Source: Chiloscyllium plagiosum
Lineage: Eukaryota
DNA: 64,000 nt
Direction: 5' to 3'
NCBI RefSeq assembly: GCF_004010195.1
Contig: NC_057748.1
Span: 16,457,829-16,521,828, forward strand
Shown here: positions 25,745 to 37,049 of the stretch, piece by piece
How the letters are laid out: the number at the start of each line of letters is the position of its first letter
Numbering within the stretch: the first letter of the stretch is position 1
Made by a program: the position numbers and the translations under genes
The notes under the pieces: generated by a model
Seen by the model: only the letters and a program-made list of their open reading frames with translations
What the model was told of the DNA's origin: nothing
The model's database searches: none

Positions 25745-25898
25745 TTAGATTAGATTAGATTACATTACAGTGTGGAAACAGGCCCTTCGGCCCAACAAGT
25801 CCACGCAGACCTGCCGAAGCGAACCCACCCATACCCCTACCCCTACATTTACCCCTTACCTAACACTACGGGCAATTTAGCATGGCCAATTCACCTGG
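25745..25898 (-). mobile_element. HE1-type SINE 3' half at the junction of the gag duplication
   Basis: (TTAGA)n tail and CAGTGTGGAAACAGGCCCTTCGGCCC. Confidence 0.8.
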
Positions 25899-25937
25899 CC
25901 CTGCAGCAAAATCTTCCTTATGCAGCAGCTCGAGACA

Positions 25938-27501
25938 TTAGGGGTGTGGGGAAAAGGGTCGTGAAGAGTACACATGGCCTGTCGTGGCTGTCGTTGCGGG
26001 GGAAGTTGGTGGTGCTGCTGTTGAGGGGTGGCTGGACTGGCATTCTGGCACCCAGTGGCCTATTTTCCCACATGCTCTGCATCTGACTCTGCTTTTATCC
26101 CTGTGTTGCTGTCCCTTTCCCTGGCTTTGTCCCTGATTCCACGCCTGTGTTAATCGGGTGGGGGTGGGTAAGCCTCTTTTTCCTTCTTGTAATCGAAATG
26201 ACCCTGTCGATCCATATTGGTAATGGCAGTGAGGAGGGGATCCCAGTTCATCTCCTGCCAGTTGAGGTTATGGGATTTGAAGGTCTGGGCGCGATGGGGC
26301 TCCGGCAGTTGACAGAAGTTTGGACCGCTGAACAATCATTGTCTGAGAGAGGTATGCCTGCAGATGATTCCCAAACTTCCTTAAAGTGAGCAAGGAAATC
26401 AAGTGTAGGCTCATTCGCCTTTTGCAGACAGCGCATGACTACTCCAAAGTCTGCCTGTTGACATGCTGCTGTCATAATGGCAGGCTTAACGGTATCCACA
26501 AGCCAATTTGCTTGTACATCTGCATCAGTCTATGGCGTCTGGGGGAATTCAAGGGAGCTTTTTATGACTTCCCAATGGGTCCCATACACCAGATGTTTTA
26601 AAGCCTGGACGTCCTGTGGCAGGCAATTATAAATACTGCAGATTTGTACTAGCCAATTATAAAATGGTATCGGGCGTTTGAGTGGATCAGAGCATGCCGT
26701 GGACCTCAGTAAGGGTTCAAGGCTTCTCGAGGGGCGTGTTGCTGATCATTACCCGCGGTAACTGAATGGTGGGCTTCGTCGTCGAGCATGTGGCATGTCT
26801 TTTGGTGCTCGTGGAGAACACGGTGGAGTCGGATTCTTCCTGACCTTGTCTCCCCAGCGGCACCCACTTCGGCCACTTGTTGTTGTTGAAGGAAAGAATT
26901 CTCAATGAGATCCTCTTGGCCTTGGAGGTGGGCTGGAGGATGAGTAGCAACAAAAGCGACAATTTCGTTCATAAGAGGGTCTGGGTCGAGGGTGCAGATG
27001 GGAACTTTAGGATACTAAGGGGTATAAGATGTTGGGGCAGAAGTTGTGGACCCAGAAGACGAAAGGTAGTCGAGCAGCTGACAGGGGTCTTTATTTTTAG
27101 GGAGCTGATGGCTTTTCGCAACTTCTTTAAATTTAGCTAAACATCGGAACATGTAATCAGTATTCCAAGAGGAATCACCGTAACAACCCTTAATGTTTAT
27201 CCTCTAATAATCAATGTTTTCCAATTTAAAGGAACCTCCATAAGGCCAGTTCCAGTGGGACCACCCATATAAGTCGGAAGTGAAAGCAATAACATATCTA
27301 CTGTCCCCTGTTTCCTTCCAACCAATATTGGCTGGTGACCCTAGTGGCACCAGGGGGATTCCTACCTTATTTTTGCATCGAACATATTTACTGTGGCACT
27401 GCTGCATCTTTATTGAGGGGAGAAATGGACGTGGGCCTTCCTTCTCGGCAAGACATGGTTTAACTTGTCCCCGAGGCCGGCCCACCAGTTGTTGACCCCA
27501 T
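25938..27501 (-). pseudogene. gag: ERV gag (frameshifted)
   Basis: Possible MG start at 27501. Matrix-type WPYGGSF motif. Major-homology-region-like QKANEPTLDFLAHFKEVW. Single zinc knuckle CRACGKIGHWVPEC (26040-26081). TAA at 25938-25940 in the NC frame. Confidence 0.85.
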
Positions 27502-27774
27502 TGTTGCTTCCTCAGTTCCGAAGCACGGATCTACGATCTGTGGAGAAATGAACAACAAACATACAAAGACTGACAAGCCAGCACTGGCGCCATTGTCAAT
27601 CCCTCAAGGTCACCTTAAAATGATTTCTGTCCTACAACACCGATCTTTCCATGCGCGCCTTGTCACAGCATCTCTCCCTAACTTGGGATATGCGTGTCGA
27701 CTCAGGTTTGGATTACACAGGCAGCCTTGTTTTAAAAACTACTGCAGGTTTGCTCAGAATTCCGTAATTAAAGG

Positions 27775-27792
27775 ATCCTGGCGACTACACCA
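27775..27792 (-). other. Primer binding site complementary to tRNA-Ser
   Basis: The - strand reads TGGTGTAGTCGCCAGGAT, 3 nt after the LTR. 16/18 complementary to the vertebrate tRNA-Ser(AGA/TGA) 3' end ATCCTGCCGACTACGCCA. Confidence 0.8.
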
Positions 27793-27795
27793 GAT

Positions 27796-28289
27796 TGTTG
27801 AACAAAGTCCCTATACTCAAACCTTGATTATGACAAACTTTGTTGCATGATATCATGGGGAGCACACCTTTCCTAAGCATGGTCCAGTGCTACTCCAAAG
27901 CACTCCAGATCACTGCGGATTTATATAGTACAACAGATGCTGAGTTGAACCACAAGCTAGTTACTAGAGGGCCTACGTGGCTATACACCAGTCCAAGGTC
28001 TTGCCTTGCATAGAACTGTACATTAACGAGCTTTTGTTCTCAGACCTTGAGTCAATGCACACTATGTTCGCACACTGACAATGTTTGCCTGAGTTGTGCT
28101 TTTGCTTAGCAGGTGTCTACAGAGAAACAGTTCATGAGTTATGTGGGAAAAGCAGAAGTTATGTGGCTGTTACAGAATGTCCTAACCGGTCAGGGCCACC
28201 GAGGGCAAGGGGCCAAGCCAAGTGAGAATAACACCATGACTCACTAAAAATGGCTGCAAACAGGTAGTCCAGCAAAAACAGCTTCCACA
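27796..28289 (-). repeat. ERV 5' LTR
   Basis: Direct-repeat partner of 19389-19857, with TG/CA ends. TATATAAA on the - strand at 27920-27927. Immediately followed by the PBS. Confidence 0.93.
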
Positions 28290-28974
28290 AACATTTATAT
28301 AAATGACAAACAAAAGTGGACCCAGCACCAAAACTTTCATTTAAATTATGAATGTAGATTGTAAATACAATAGTTGAAATCCCGGCACTAATCCATGTGT
28401 CAATCCATTACTTAAAATTTGCCAACCTGAAAATGGCCTATTTATCTCGACTACAAGTAACATGTAAATCAAATCTCTTTGAATACAGAAGACTTTCTTA
28501 CTTTCTCCTGTCTATCCACATAACTGTAACCTTTCAGCTCTGGGTAAATTTCCTGTGTATACTCCAAAGCTTTCAGATCCTTCTTAACCTGTATTGACTT
28601 AGCACACAAGCCGAACAAGTGGTTTCTAACTTCCTCCCATTTGTAATCATTGCCTCTATTCATAAAGCTCCTAATCCCACATGCCTCATTAATTGCTGTG
28701 TAAACCTATCCTGCTACCTTCCTGCCATGACATGTGCACAGATATCCAATTGTCACCCTGTTTTGAGACTGTACCTTTCAGCTTAAATCGCCTTCCTGTA
28801 TTCTTCTCATAAAATGAAATGCCTTCTGTCTTGAATTTCATTGGCAGTGTTATTTCACCCATTCCATCAGCTTCCCTGTATCTTCTTGAAGCCAATTTTT
28901 GGATTCTAAACAGTTTCTGAACCTTTCAAATTTTGTGTCATCTGCAAACTGCAGAACTGCACTTTGTATCTCCA

Positions 28975-29195
28975 ACTTTTTCACACAGAGGAATGAGCTG
29001 CCAGAGGAAGTGGTAGAGGCTGGTACAGTTCCAGCATTTAAGAGGCATCTGGATGGGTATATGAATAGAAAGGTTTAGAGGGACATGGGCCAAGTGCTGG
29101 CAAATGGGACTAGATTAATTTAGGATATCTGGTTGGCATGGACAAGTTGGACTGAAGAGTCTGTTTCTGTGCTGTACATCTCTGTGACTCTGTGA
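28975..29195 (+). mobile_element. CR1 LINE 3' end
   Basis: Matches other CR1 3' UTR copies in the window. Confidence 0.75.
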
Positions 29196-30988
29196 CTAAG
29201 TCATTAATGTGTATCAAAAACGAAAGTGGTCTTCGGACTATGCATTGGGGAGGAGCACTATAAAAGAGCACAAGAAATAGAAGCAAGTTTAGATCATTCA
29301 GCCCATTGAGCCTACTACGTTCTGGCCGATTGAGGCTGACCTTGGGCTTCAACTCAACTTTCCTGCCCGCTCTCCATACTTTTTGATGCCCTGAGAAAGT
29401 CTATCTATCCCAGCCTTAAACATGTTCAATGCCAAAGCATCCACCACCCTTTGGGTAACAAATCAAAATGATGTTTATTCAGCTTTTAAATTTACAATGC
29501 TCACTTAACTGCTGCGCACTACCTCAAACTATTTTTTCTCACTGTTGAAGATTTCTGTCTATGGCATATCAATTCTGCCACATGGATGTTACATCCCGGG
29601 GTATAATGTCTTGTAAATATCAGACTGTTTCTTGGCCTTATTGTTGGCACAGACTACAAGTGTAGGATAAAAGAATTAAGATTGCTGCCAATGATAACAG
29701 GCACAGGCCTGCTTGATGTGCTGCCTGCAGTCACAAACCAGCTGTTCCTTGGGAACATTACAGTTATTAGCCGAGTAGGCCATTCGGTCCTTCAAAACTG
29801 CTCTGCCAATCAATACAATCACAGCTGATCTGGTCATAGTATCAGCTTCACCTTTGTTTGACGACCCCATACCCTTAACTCCCTTGCCTATCAAAAGTTG
29901 AATAAGTTCAATGTTCCAACCTCCATTGCTTTCTGAGGGAATGAGTTCCATACAGTAACCATCCTCTGAGAGAAACACAACGCAATCGCCATCTTAGGCA
30001 GGAGATTTTTGTTTGCAACGGTGTTCTCTAGCTCTCATGCCCCTCACAAGAGGAGACATCCGTCCTGTCAGATCCCCTCAGGATTCTGTCTGTTTCAATT
30101 AGACTACCTCTCTTCCTTCTAAAGAAAGACCAGGACGTACAACACTATAAAATACATCCTTCTGTGCATGGATGAGTTGAGCAAACCTTTGGTGAACTGC
30201 TTTATGTTGTATCCTTTCTTAAATAATGAGTTCAAAGCTGCACACAGTGCTGTTTGCATGTGGTCTCACCAAGGCCTTGTAGAGATGTAGTAAAGTGTCC
30301 CTAACCAGTATATTCCAATACCCTTGCAAGAAACATCAGCAATCCATATTTTCATAATCCCTTGCTGTACCTAAACTCTAACATTTAGTGGTTTATATCC
30401 CAGGGCACTCAGATCCCTCAGTTCCACCAAGTTCTGCAATATCTCTCCATTAAATATTATTGCTGCTTTTCTATTCTTATTGCCGAAGTGGAATAATTCA
30501 CATACTCGAATTAGAATTAGATTTAGGTTTATTGTCATTCAAGTACAGGAATACAGGAGAACAGTGAAAAGTTTACAATATCGCCCTTAATGGTGCCATT
30601 TTAGGTACACAGTATCTCAGTACAAAGCTTAGACACAAAATAGAGAAATTTTAAAAAAGTTACATTACCTTACAGTGATTCATAGTATAAGTTGAAAAAT
30701 AAGAGATACTCCATCTGACAAATTTTTGCTGAGTCATTTAATTTATATTCCTTTGTAGCTTATTTACTTGTTTTTGACACCATAGTAACCCACCAATCTT
30801 GATGAGATTGGCAAGTTTAATGACCGTACATTCAGTCCCTTTGTCATCATTGAAGTTTTAAATTGCTGAAGCTCCTAGCATTGATCCTACTGTGGCACTC
30901 CACTCCCACGCCTCCAGCTATTACATTGTGTAATATTCTTTGATGTAACACCTTAACAAATGCCTTTTAGAAATGCAAGTTTTTTTTT

Positions 30989-31259
30989 AGATTACATTAC
31001 AGTATGGAAACATGCCCTTCGGCCCAACAAGTCCACACCGACCCGCCAAAGCGTAACCCACTCATACCCCTACATTTACCCCTTACCTAACACTACGGGC
31101 AATTTAGCATGACCTGCATATCTTTGGACTGTGGGAGGAAACTGGAGCACCCGGAGGAAACCCACGTAGAACGTGCAAACTCCACACAGTCAGTCGCCTG
31201 AGGTGGGAATTGAACCCGGGTCTCTGGCGCTGTGAGGCAGCAGTGCCACCGTGCCGCCC
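30989..31259 (-). mobile_element. HE1-type V-SINE
   Basis: As above. Confidence 0.8.
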
Positions 31260-31584
31260 ACCGTTCCCTGCTATGATTTCCGCAAAGCACTCTAGTAAAT
31301 TAGTTAAACATGATTTCCCATTTACAAAACCATGTTGACTCTGCCTGATCCCATTATCATTTTCTAAACATTGTGCTCTCTCAGCATTTCTTTAGATGAA
31401 GATTTTAAGAAGGTTGTACTTGTCATTTCCAGGCTCGCTGATTGGCTAGTCAGCAGGGTGCTTAGATTCTTCCACAGTGGGTCACGTGGAGGTGAATGGA
31501 TCTGCCCTTCTCCACCCTTCCACCTTCGTGCCGAATGCTCGCTCAGTCTCAGAGGAGACCGAAGCACTCCTGATTTGTGTAGTC

Positions 31585-32072
31585 CCAATATAAGAATGGC
31601 ATTATTAAACCGGAGACGGCTTATCAAAGACTTACCAGGATGTTGCCAGGAATGGAGGGTTGGATGTATAATAATAAACTGGAAAGTCTGGGACTTTTTT
31701 CATAGGAGCATAAGAGATTGAAGGGGTGACCTTATTGAAGTTTATAAAATCATGAGGGGTGTAGATAATGGCAGTTACCTTTCCTCTAGGGTAGGAGATT
31801 TCAAGACTGGGGGCATACCTTTAAGATGAGAGGAGAAAGATGTTAAAAAGACGTGAGGGACAACTTTTTTTACACTGAGAGTCGGTCATGCATGAAAAGC
31901 TCTGCCAGAGGATATGGTAGATGCAGGGATGGTTACAATGTTTAAAAGACAGATAGGAACGTTTTGGAGGGCTATGGACCGAACACAGACAGGTGGGACT
32001 AGCTTAGTTGGGAACATGATTGGCATGGACTGATTGGACTGAAGGGTCTGTTTCCATGCTCTATGACTCTAT
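31585..32072 (+). mobile_element. CR1 LINE 3' fragment
   Basis: GGTGACCTTATTGAAGTTTATAAAATCATGAG and CTATGACTCTA tail. Confidence 0.75.
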
Positions 32073-32084
32073 CTCCAGGTATCT

Positions 32085-32490
32085 GGATCCAGGGCCCATG
32101 CTTCCCATTGGCAATGGTGAATGTTCCATGCAGAAAGGGACTTCTTCAGGGAATACCTAAAAGGTCTGTGTGGGCTCCCTCTGTTAGATTAACCAATGGT
32201 CAGCCCTCTGTACACTATGATCTTGGGCAGGCAGCTATCATCCATCTCGGCAACATAATCTGCCCATCACAGTTGGCTGGTATGTCCTTGATGATGTTGG
32301 CTATTTCCACGACTCAAATATTTGTGATTAGATCTTTCCAGGGGATCTTGAGGATGCTGCAGAGTTAATTCTGGAGGATGGGCTCTAGAAAGCGAACATA
32401 TCACCTGTATCACCATAGGACCCATGGCTCAGGCCCATACTGAAGGGTGGTGTGGACTGTGGCTCTGTACACTTTGAGTTTGCTCAGCTC
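32085..32490 (-). mobile_element. Probable RTE-clade LINE 3' fragment
   Basis: The - strand has LKVYRA.. and RLPK-I-Y-type peptides typical of RTE ORF ends. Highly decayed. Confidence 0.4.
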
Positions 32491-32755
32491 CACACTTGTT
32501 TGTAGTGCCTGCTGTTTGCTTTTGAAAGTCTATTCGCTATTTAGCATCATACAGCATGAAAACAGAGCCTTGGGCCCAATTCATTCATGCCAGCCATATT
32601 TCCTAAACAGAATGAGGCCCATTTACCTGCTTTTGGCCCATATCCCTCTAAACCTTTCCTATCCATGTACCTGTTCAAATGTCTTTTAAATGCTGTAATT
32701 GTACTTGCCGCTACCACTTCCATCAATACACCAGTTTCTTGCCTCTGGTGGAATT

Positions 32756-32953
32756 GAGCTGAAAATGTGTTGCTGGAAAAGCGCAGCAGGTCAGGCAGCA
32801 TCCAAGGAGCAGGAGAGTCGACGTTTCGGGCATGACCAGGGTCATGCCCGAAACGTCGACTCTCCTGCTCCTTGGATGCTGCCTGACCTGCTGCGCTTTT
32901 CCAGCAACACATTTTCAGCTCTGATCTCCAGCATCAGCAGTCCTCACTTTCTT
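32756..32953. mobile_element. Perfect palindromic Penelope-derived insertion
   Basis: 82-bp perfect inverted arms with a 2-nt spacer (32756-32921). TSD TCTG(G/A)TGGAATT. Confidence 0.85.
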
Positions 32954-33052
32954 TCTGATGGAATTGAACAAGGAGGCCCTTCTCAAAGCAGTAAATTGTT
33001 TGATGGCTTCTAGCTCGTGTACTACTGATAATGTTTGGTGGAATCATAGAAT

Positions 33053-33372
33053 AGGAGAAAGTGAGGACTGCAGATGCTGGAGATCAGAGCTGAAAATGTT
33101 TTGCTGGAAAAGCGCAGTAGGTCAGGCAGCATCCAAGGAGCAGGAGAATCGACGTTTTGGGCATGAGCCCATCTTCAGAATGAGGAGAGTGTGCCAAGCA
33201 GGCTAAGCTAAAAGGTAGGGAGGAGGGACTTGGGGGAGGGGCATTGGAAATGCGAACCCTCGAACTCAGCACCACCTTCCTCGCCTGCAATCTTCTTCCT
33301 GACCTCTCCGCCCCCACCTCCATTCCGGCCTATCACCCTCACCTTAACCTCCTTCCACCTATCGCATTTCCA
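33053..33372 (-). mobile_element. Penelope-derived pseudo-LTR fragment with internal inversion
   Basis: Matches 8907-9143. The last ~110 nt switch orientation. Confidence 0.7.
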
Positions 33373-34546
33373 AGGAGCCTGTACTGTGCTGTATTGTTCT
33401 ATGTTCTAAAGTATAATTTACACTTATTAATGATTCAATTTCATTGTAAGTATATACACAAGAATAAAGTGAACACTGGTAGATAAATACTGAAAATGTA
33501 AGAAATAAGAGTGGGCCATTCAGTCCATCAAGCCTGCTCTGTCAATAAACAGATTATGGCTGATAACCTACCCCTATGCCATTTTCCACTTTCTATTGAT
33601 TTCTGTCTTGAACCTGCTCAGTGCCTGAGCTTCCACAGCCCTATGGCATATGAATTCTAAATATTTACAATCAGCTGAGAGAAGAAATCCCTACTCATTC
33701 TAGTTTTAAATGGGATACTCTTGGTTTATGACTCATCAGCCAGGAGAAGCATCCTATTCACATCTACTCTGTCATACCCTGTCATTATTAAACTTTCTCA
33801 ATGACACATATACTCCTCCTTAGATAAACTGTACACAGTGCTGTAGGTGCAGTCTCATCATGACTCTATACAATTGTAGCAAGATATCCTTGTTCCTGTA
33901 CCTACTTCCCTTTTTATTGAAGCCAACATTCAATTTACTTATCAAATTTCTTGCTTTATCTGTCTGCAATCTTTTTGTGACTCATTATGAAAAGTGCCCA
34001 GGTTCATTTGATCATCAACAATTCCCAACCTCTCATCATTTAAGAGAGAGATTCTGCGTTTCTGTTTATATTTCTACCAAAGTGGATAATTTCACAATTA
34101 CTCACTCTATATTCCATTCACTCAGCCTGTCTAAATCCCTTGATGCGTCCTTTCTCTCTCCTCACAGCCCACACTTCCACCTGAGTATTTCTAGAGCTTT
34201 TCTGCACCATATCTTTTGGATAACCTATACGTTTGTCAAGGAAGACTTTATGTATAAGTCAACCATAATGTTTTTGGCTTAAGAAAACCATGCCGGTTTT
34301 GTGTTCGCATCAAATGTGGAAATATGCCAGTTGATTCCAATATGCAAATCATTGATCGGAATTGTGAGCAGATGTCTTCAAAGCACTGATTCGTTTGGTA
34401 CCCCACTGGTAACAACCGACCATCTTGAGAATAGCCTGTTTATTCCTCTGCCCCTTTTCTGTCTATTAACAATTCTCAATCCAGAGTAGTATACTACTCC
34501 CAATCCCATGTAGTTCGATTTTGTTTACTAACCTCTTGTTTGGCGC

Positions 34547-35101
34547 TGAAGTAACTGCACAGAGGCAGATATCCCATTATCAAATCACCCTTTATTTACA
34601 TGTGTACAATATACTGACTGTGGCCAGCCAGCTCAGAGTCAGTCCCTGAATTGAGGAGATTCTGAATTCCCTGTTTATGTTTTTTGTAACCTATTTTCCT
34701 AATCAACCTGTTCAGAGATTTTATTCGAGCTGAAAATGTGTTGCTGGAAAAGCGCAGCAGGTCAGGCAGCATCCAGGGGCTTATGCCCGAAACGTCAATT
34801 CTCCTGTTCCCTGGATGCTGCCTGACCTGCTGCGCTTTTCCAGCAACACATTTTCAGCTCTGATCTCCAGCATCTGCAGTCCTCACTTTCTCCTCAGAGA
34901 TTTTATTACACAGCTTTGGAGCAGGTGGGACTTGAACTTGGGTCTCTTGGTTCAGGGGGTAGGGTCACTACATCTGAATCACAAGAGGGCCCTTAGTCCC
35001 CTGTTTATGTTGGTCAGCCAGGGCTTCCCAATTGGCCCAGGTTAACAAACCCAGTCAAGGGGGTCATAGTAAGTAAGGTCTACATGGTTCAAATCACTAC
35101 A
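34547..35101 (-). mobile_element. Solo LTR of the same family, split by nested insertions
   Basis: The - strand begins TGTAGTGATT and ends GTTACTTCA. Interrupted by a short SINE-like element flanked by CCCTGTTTATGTT, which is itself interrupted by the 34726-34893 element. Confidence 0.6.
34726..34893. mobile_element. Palindromic Penelope-derived insertion
   Basis: Inverted arms and 14-bp TSD TCAGAGATTTTATT (34712-34725 / 34894-34907). Confidence 0.85.
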
Positions 35102-35905
35102 GGGACATATCAAGAGCCTTCTGAAAATCCAAACACACCACGTCCACTGTTTCTCCATTAATTATGCTACAAGTAACATCCTCAAACAACTCTAGCAAGT
35201 TTGTCGAATTCTTTCATAAATCCATCCTTACTCTGCCCAATCACATTATTTTCTAATTAGCCAGTTATCACATACTTTATAAAAGATTCGCTAATAGACT
35301 CTAACATTTCCCTACGACAGACGTCAAATAATAAGTCTGTAATTTTCCACTTATCTGTTCTTTTCTTCTTAAATAATGGGGTTAAAGTTGCTCCTTTCCA
35401 GTCTGTAGCCCTTTTTGCAGAGTCAAGAGAATTCTGAAAGATTGTCACCAATGTATCCATTATCTCTGTAGCTACATCTTCCAATACACAGGGATGCAGT
35501 TTGTATGGTCCAGGGTATTTACCAACCTTTAACCCAATTAATCTTTTGATTACCACCTCTTTATTAATTCTAATTTCTTTCAGTTCCTCATTTTCACAAG
35601 GCCTTAGTTTCCTTGTATAATGGGAAATTTTCTATATCTTCCTCTAGGAAAGTAGATGCAAAATAATTGTTTAGTATTTCTGAAAAAAGTCACATTTTGT
35701 TGAGTCTTTTCATCTTGCATTCATCAGGACATTTTGCAAGAATACAAATCCAAGGGGTAAGCCAGTATTTTCAGTGAATGAGAGGAGGATGCTGATGGGC
35801 AGGCAAATTGCCTGTGATTGGTGGAGCTATTGCCATGGAGAATGCACTCAATAATGCTGCTCAGTGGTTAACAGCTAGGCTTTGTTTAAATTTTAAACTA
35901 AGCAA

Positions 35906-36166
35906 GGGCGGCATTGTGGCTCAGTGGTTAGCATAGCACAAGGGACCTGGGTTCAATTCCTGCCTCAGGTGACTGTCTGTGTGGGTTTTCTCCCACAATC
36001 CAAAGATGTGCATGACAGGTGAATTGGTCATGCTAAATTGTCCATAGTGTTAGGTGCATTAGACAGGGGTAAACATAGGGGAATAGGTCTGGATGGGTTA
36101 CTCTTTGGAGGGTAGGTGTGGACTTGTTGGGCCAAATGGCCTGTTTCCTTACTGTAGGGGATCTAA
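35906..36166 (+). mobile_element. HE1-type V-SINE (internally deleted)
   Basis: tRNA head plus tail. Confidence 0.72.
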
Positions 36167-36601
36167 TGTTGGCTCTGTTAGGTGAGGGCATCCTGAGAAA
36201 TGAACCAGTGAATGGTTGTCACCCATTTGTTGAGTTGTAACAGGTGTGATAAGTATATATGTTTCAACTGTCCATGAAGAACAGGCCCCTGTTTTTTAAT
36301 ATGTTGCTCCCACTACTCGCAAGTGTACCACACTGTGAGTCATACTGACAATCCTAAGTTGGTTGTCAGTGTAATTCTTTGCAATTAATTTCTCTGCCAT
36401 TTCCCTACTTTCCATCATAAATTCTCCTGCCTCTTCCGACAATGTCTTTGTCTTTGTTAATTTGTCATTTCCACACACCTTTAGAATATTTTACAGTCCG
36501 GCTTTATGTTACTCGCTAGCTTCTATTTATATTGTCTTTCTCCTTCCTTTATCTGTCTCTTGAACATCCTTTGTTGGATTTTAAATTTCTCCCCATGCTC
36601 A

Positions 36602-36902
36602 GGACAGCATGGTGGCTCAGTGGTGAGCACTGCTGCCTCACAATGCTAGGGATCTGGGTTTGATTCCAGATTCAGTGGCTCTCTGTGTGGAGTTTGCATG
36701 TTCTCCTCATTTCTGTCGGGTGCCCTGGTCTCCTCCACAGTCCAAAGATGTGTAGGTTAGGTGGACTGACTGTGCTAAGTTACCCATAATGCACAGGCTG
36801 GGTGGATCAGCCATGGGAAATGGAGGGCTGGGTATGGCTGGAATGTTCTTCAGAGGGACGGTATGGGCTGAATGGCCTGCTTCCACACTGTAGGGATTCT
36901 AA
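36602..36902 (+). mobile_element. HE1-type V-SINE
   Basis: tRNA head, V-domain and tail. Confidence 0.75.
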
Positions 36903-37049
36903 GAATCTTCTAAACCATCTCCTTTGATCTAACACAGGCAATTAACTTCTTTATTAGTCATGATTAATTCAACAAGGAGCCTTCAAGGCATATATATTTA
37001 TTATGGACATATCTCTTTTTATTTTGTTATGATTTATTCAAATTATCTG

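Larger units (their letters stand above)
19389..28289 (-). mobile_element. Full-length decayed endogenous retrovirus (epsilon-like pol, gamma-type env)
   Basis: Paired TG..CA LTRs, PBS, PPT and 5-bp TSD (AATAT 19384-19388 / AACAT 28290-28294). Recognisable gag, protease, RT, RNase H, integrase and env remnants in order on the - strand. Confidence 0.95.

Noticed and set aside
29615-29652. Alternative 38-nt leader exon candidate (R-LFLGLIVGTDYK)
   Set aside because: Phase fits, but the acceptor lacks a pyrimidine tract and the peptide is a poor signal sequence.
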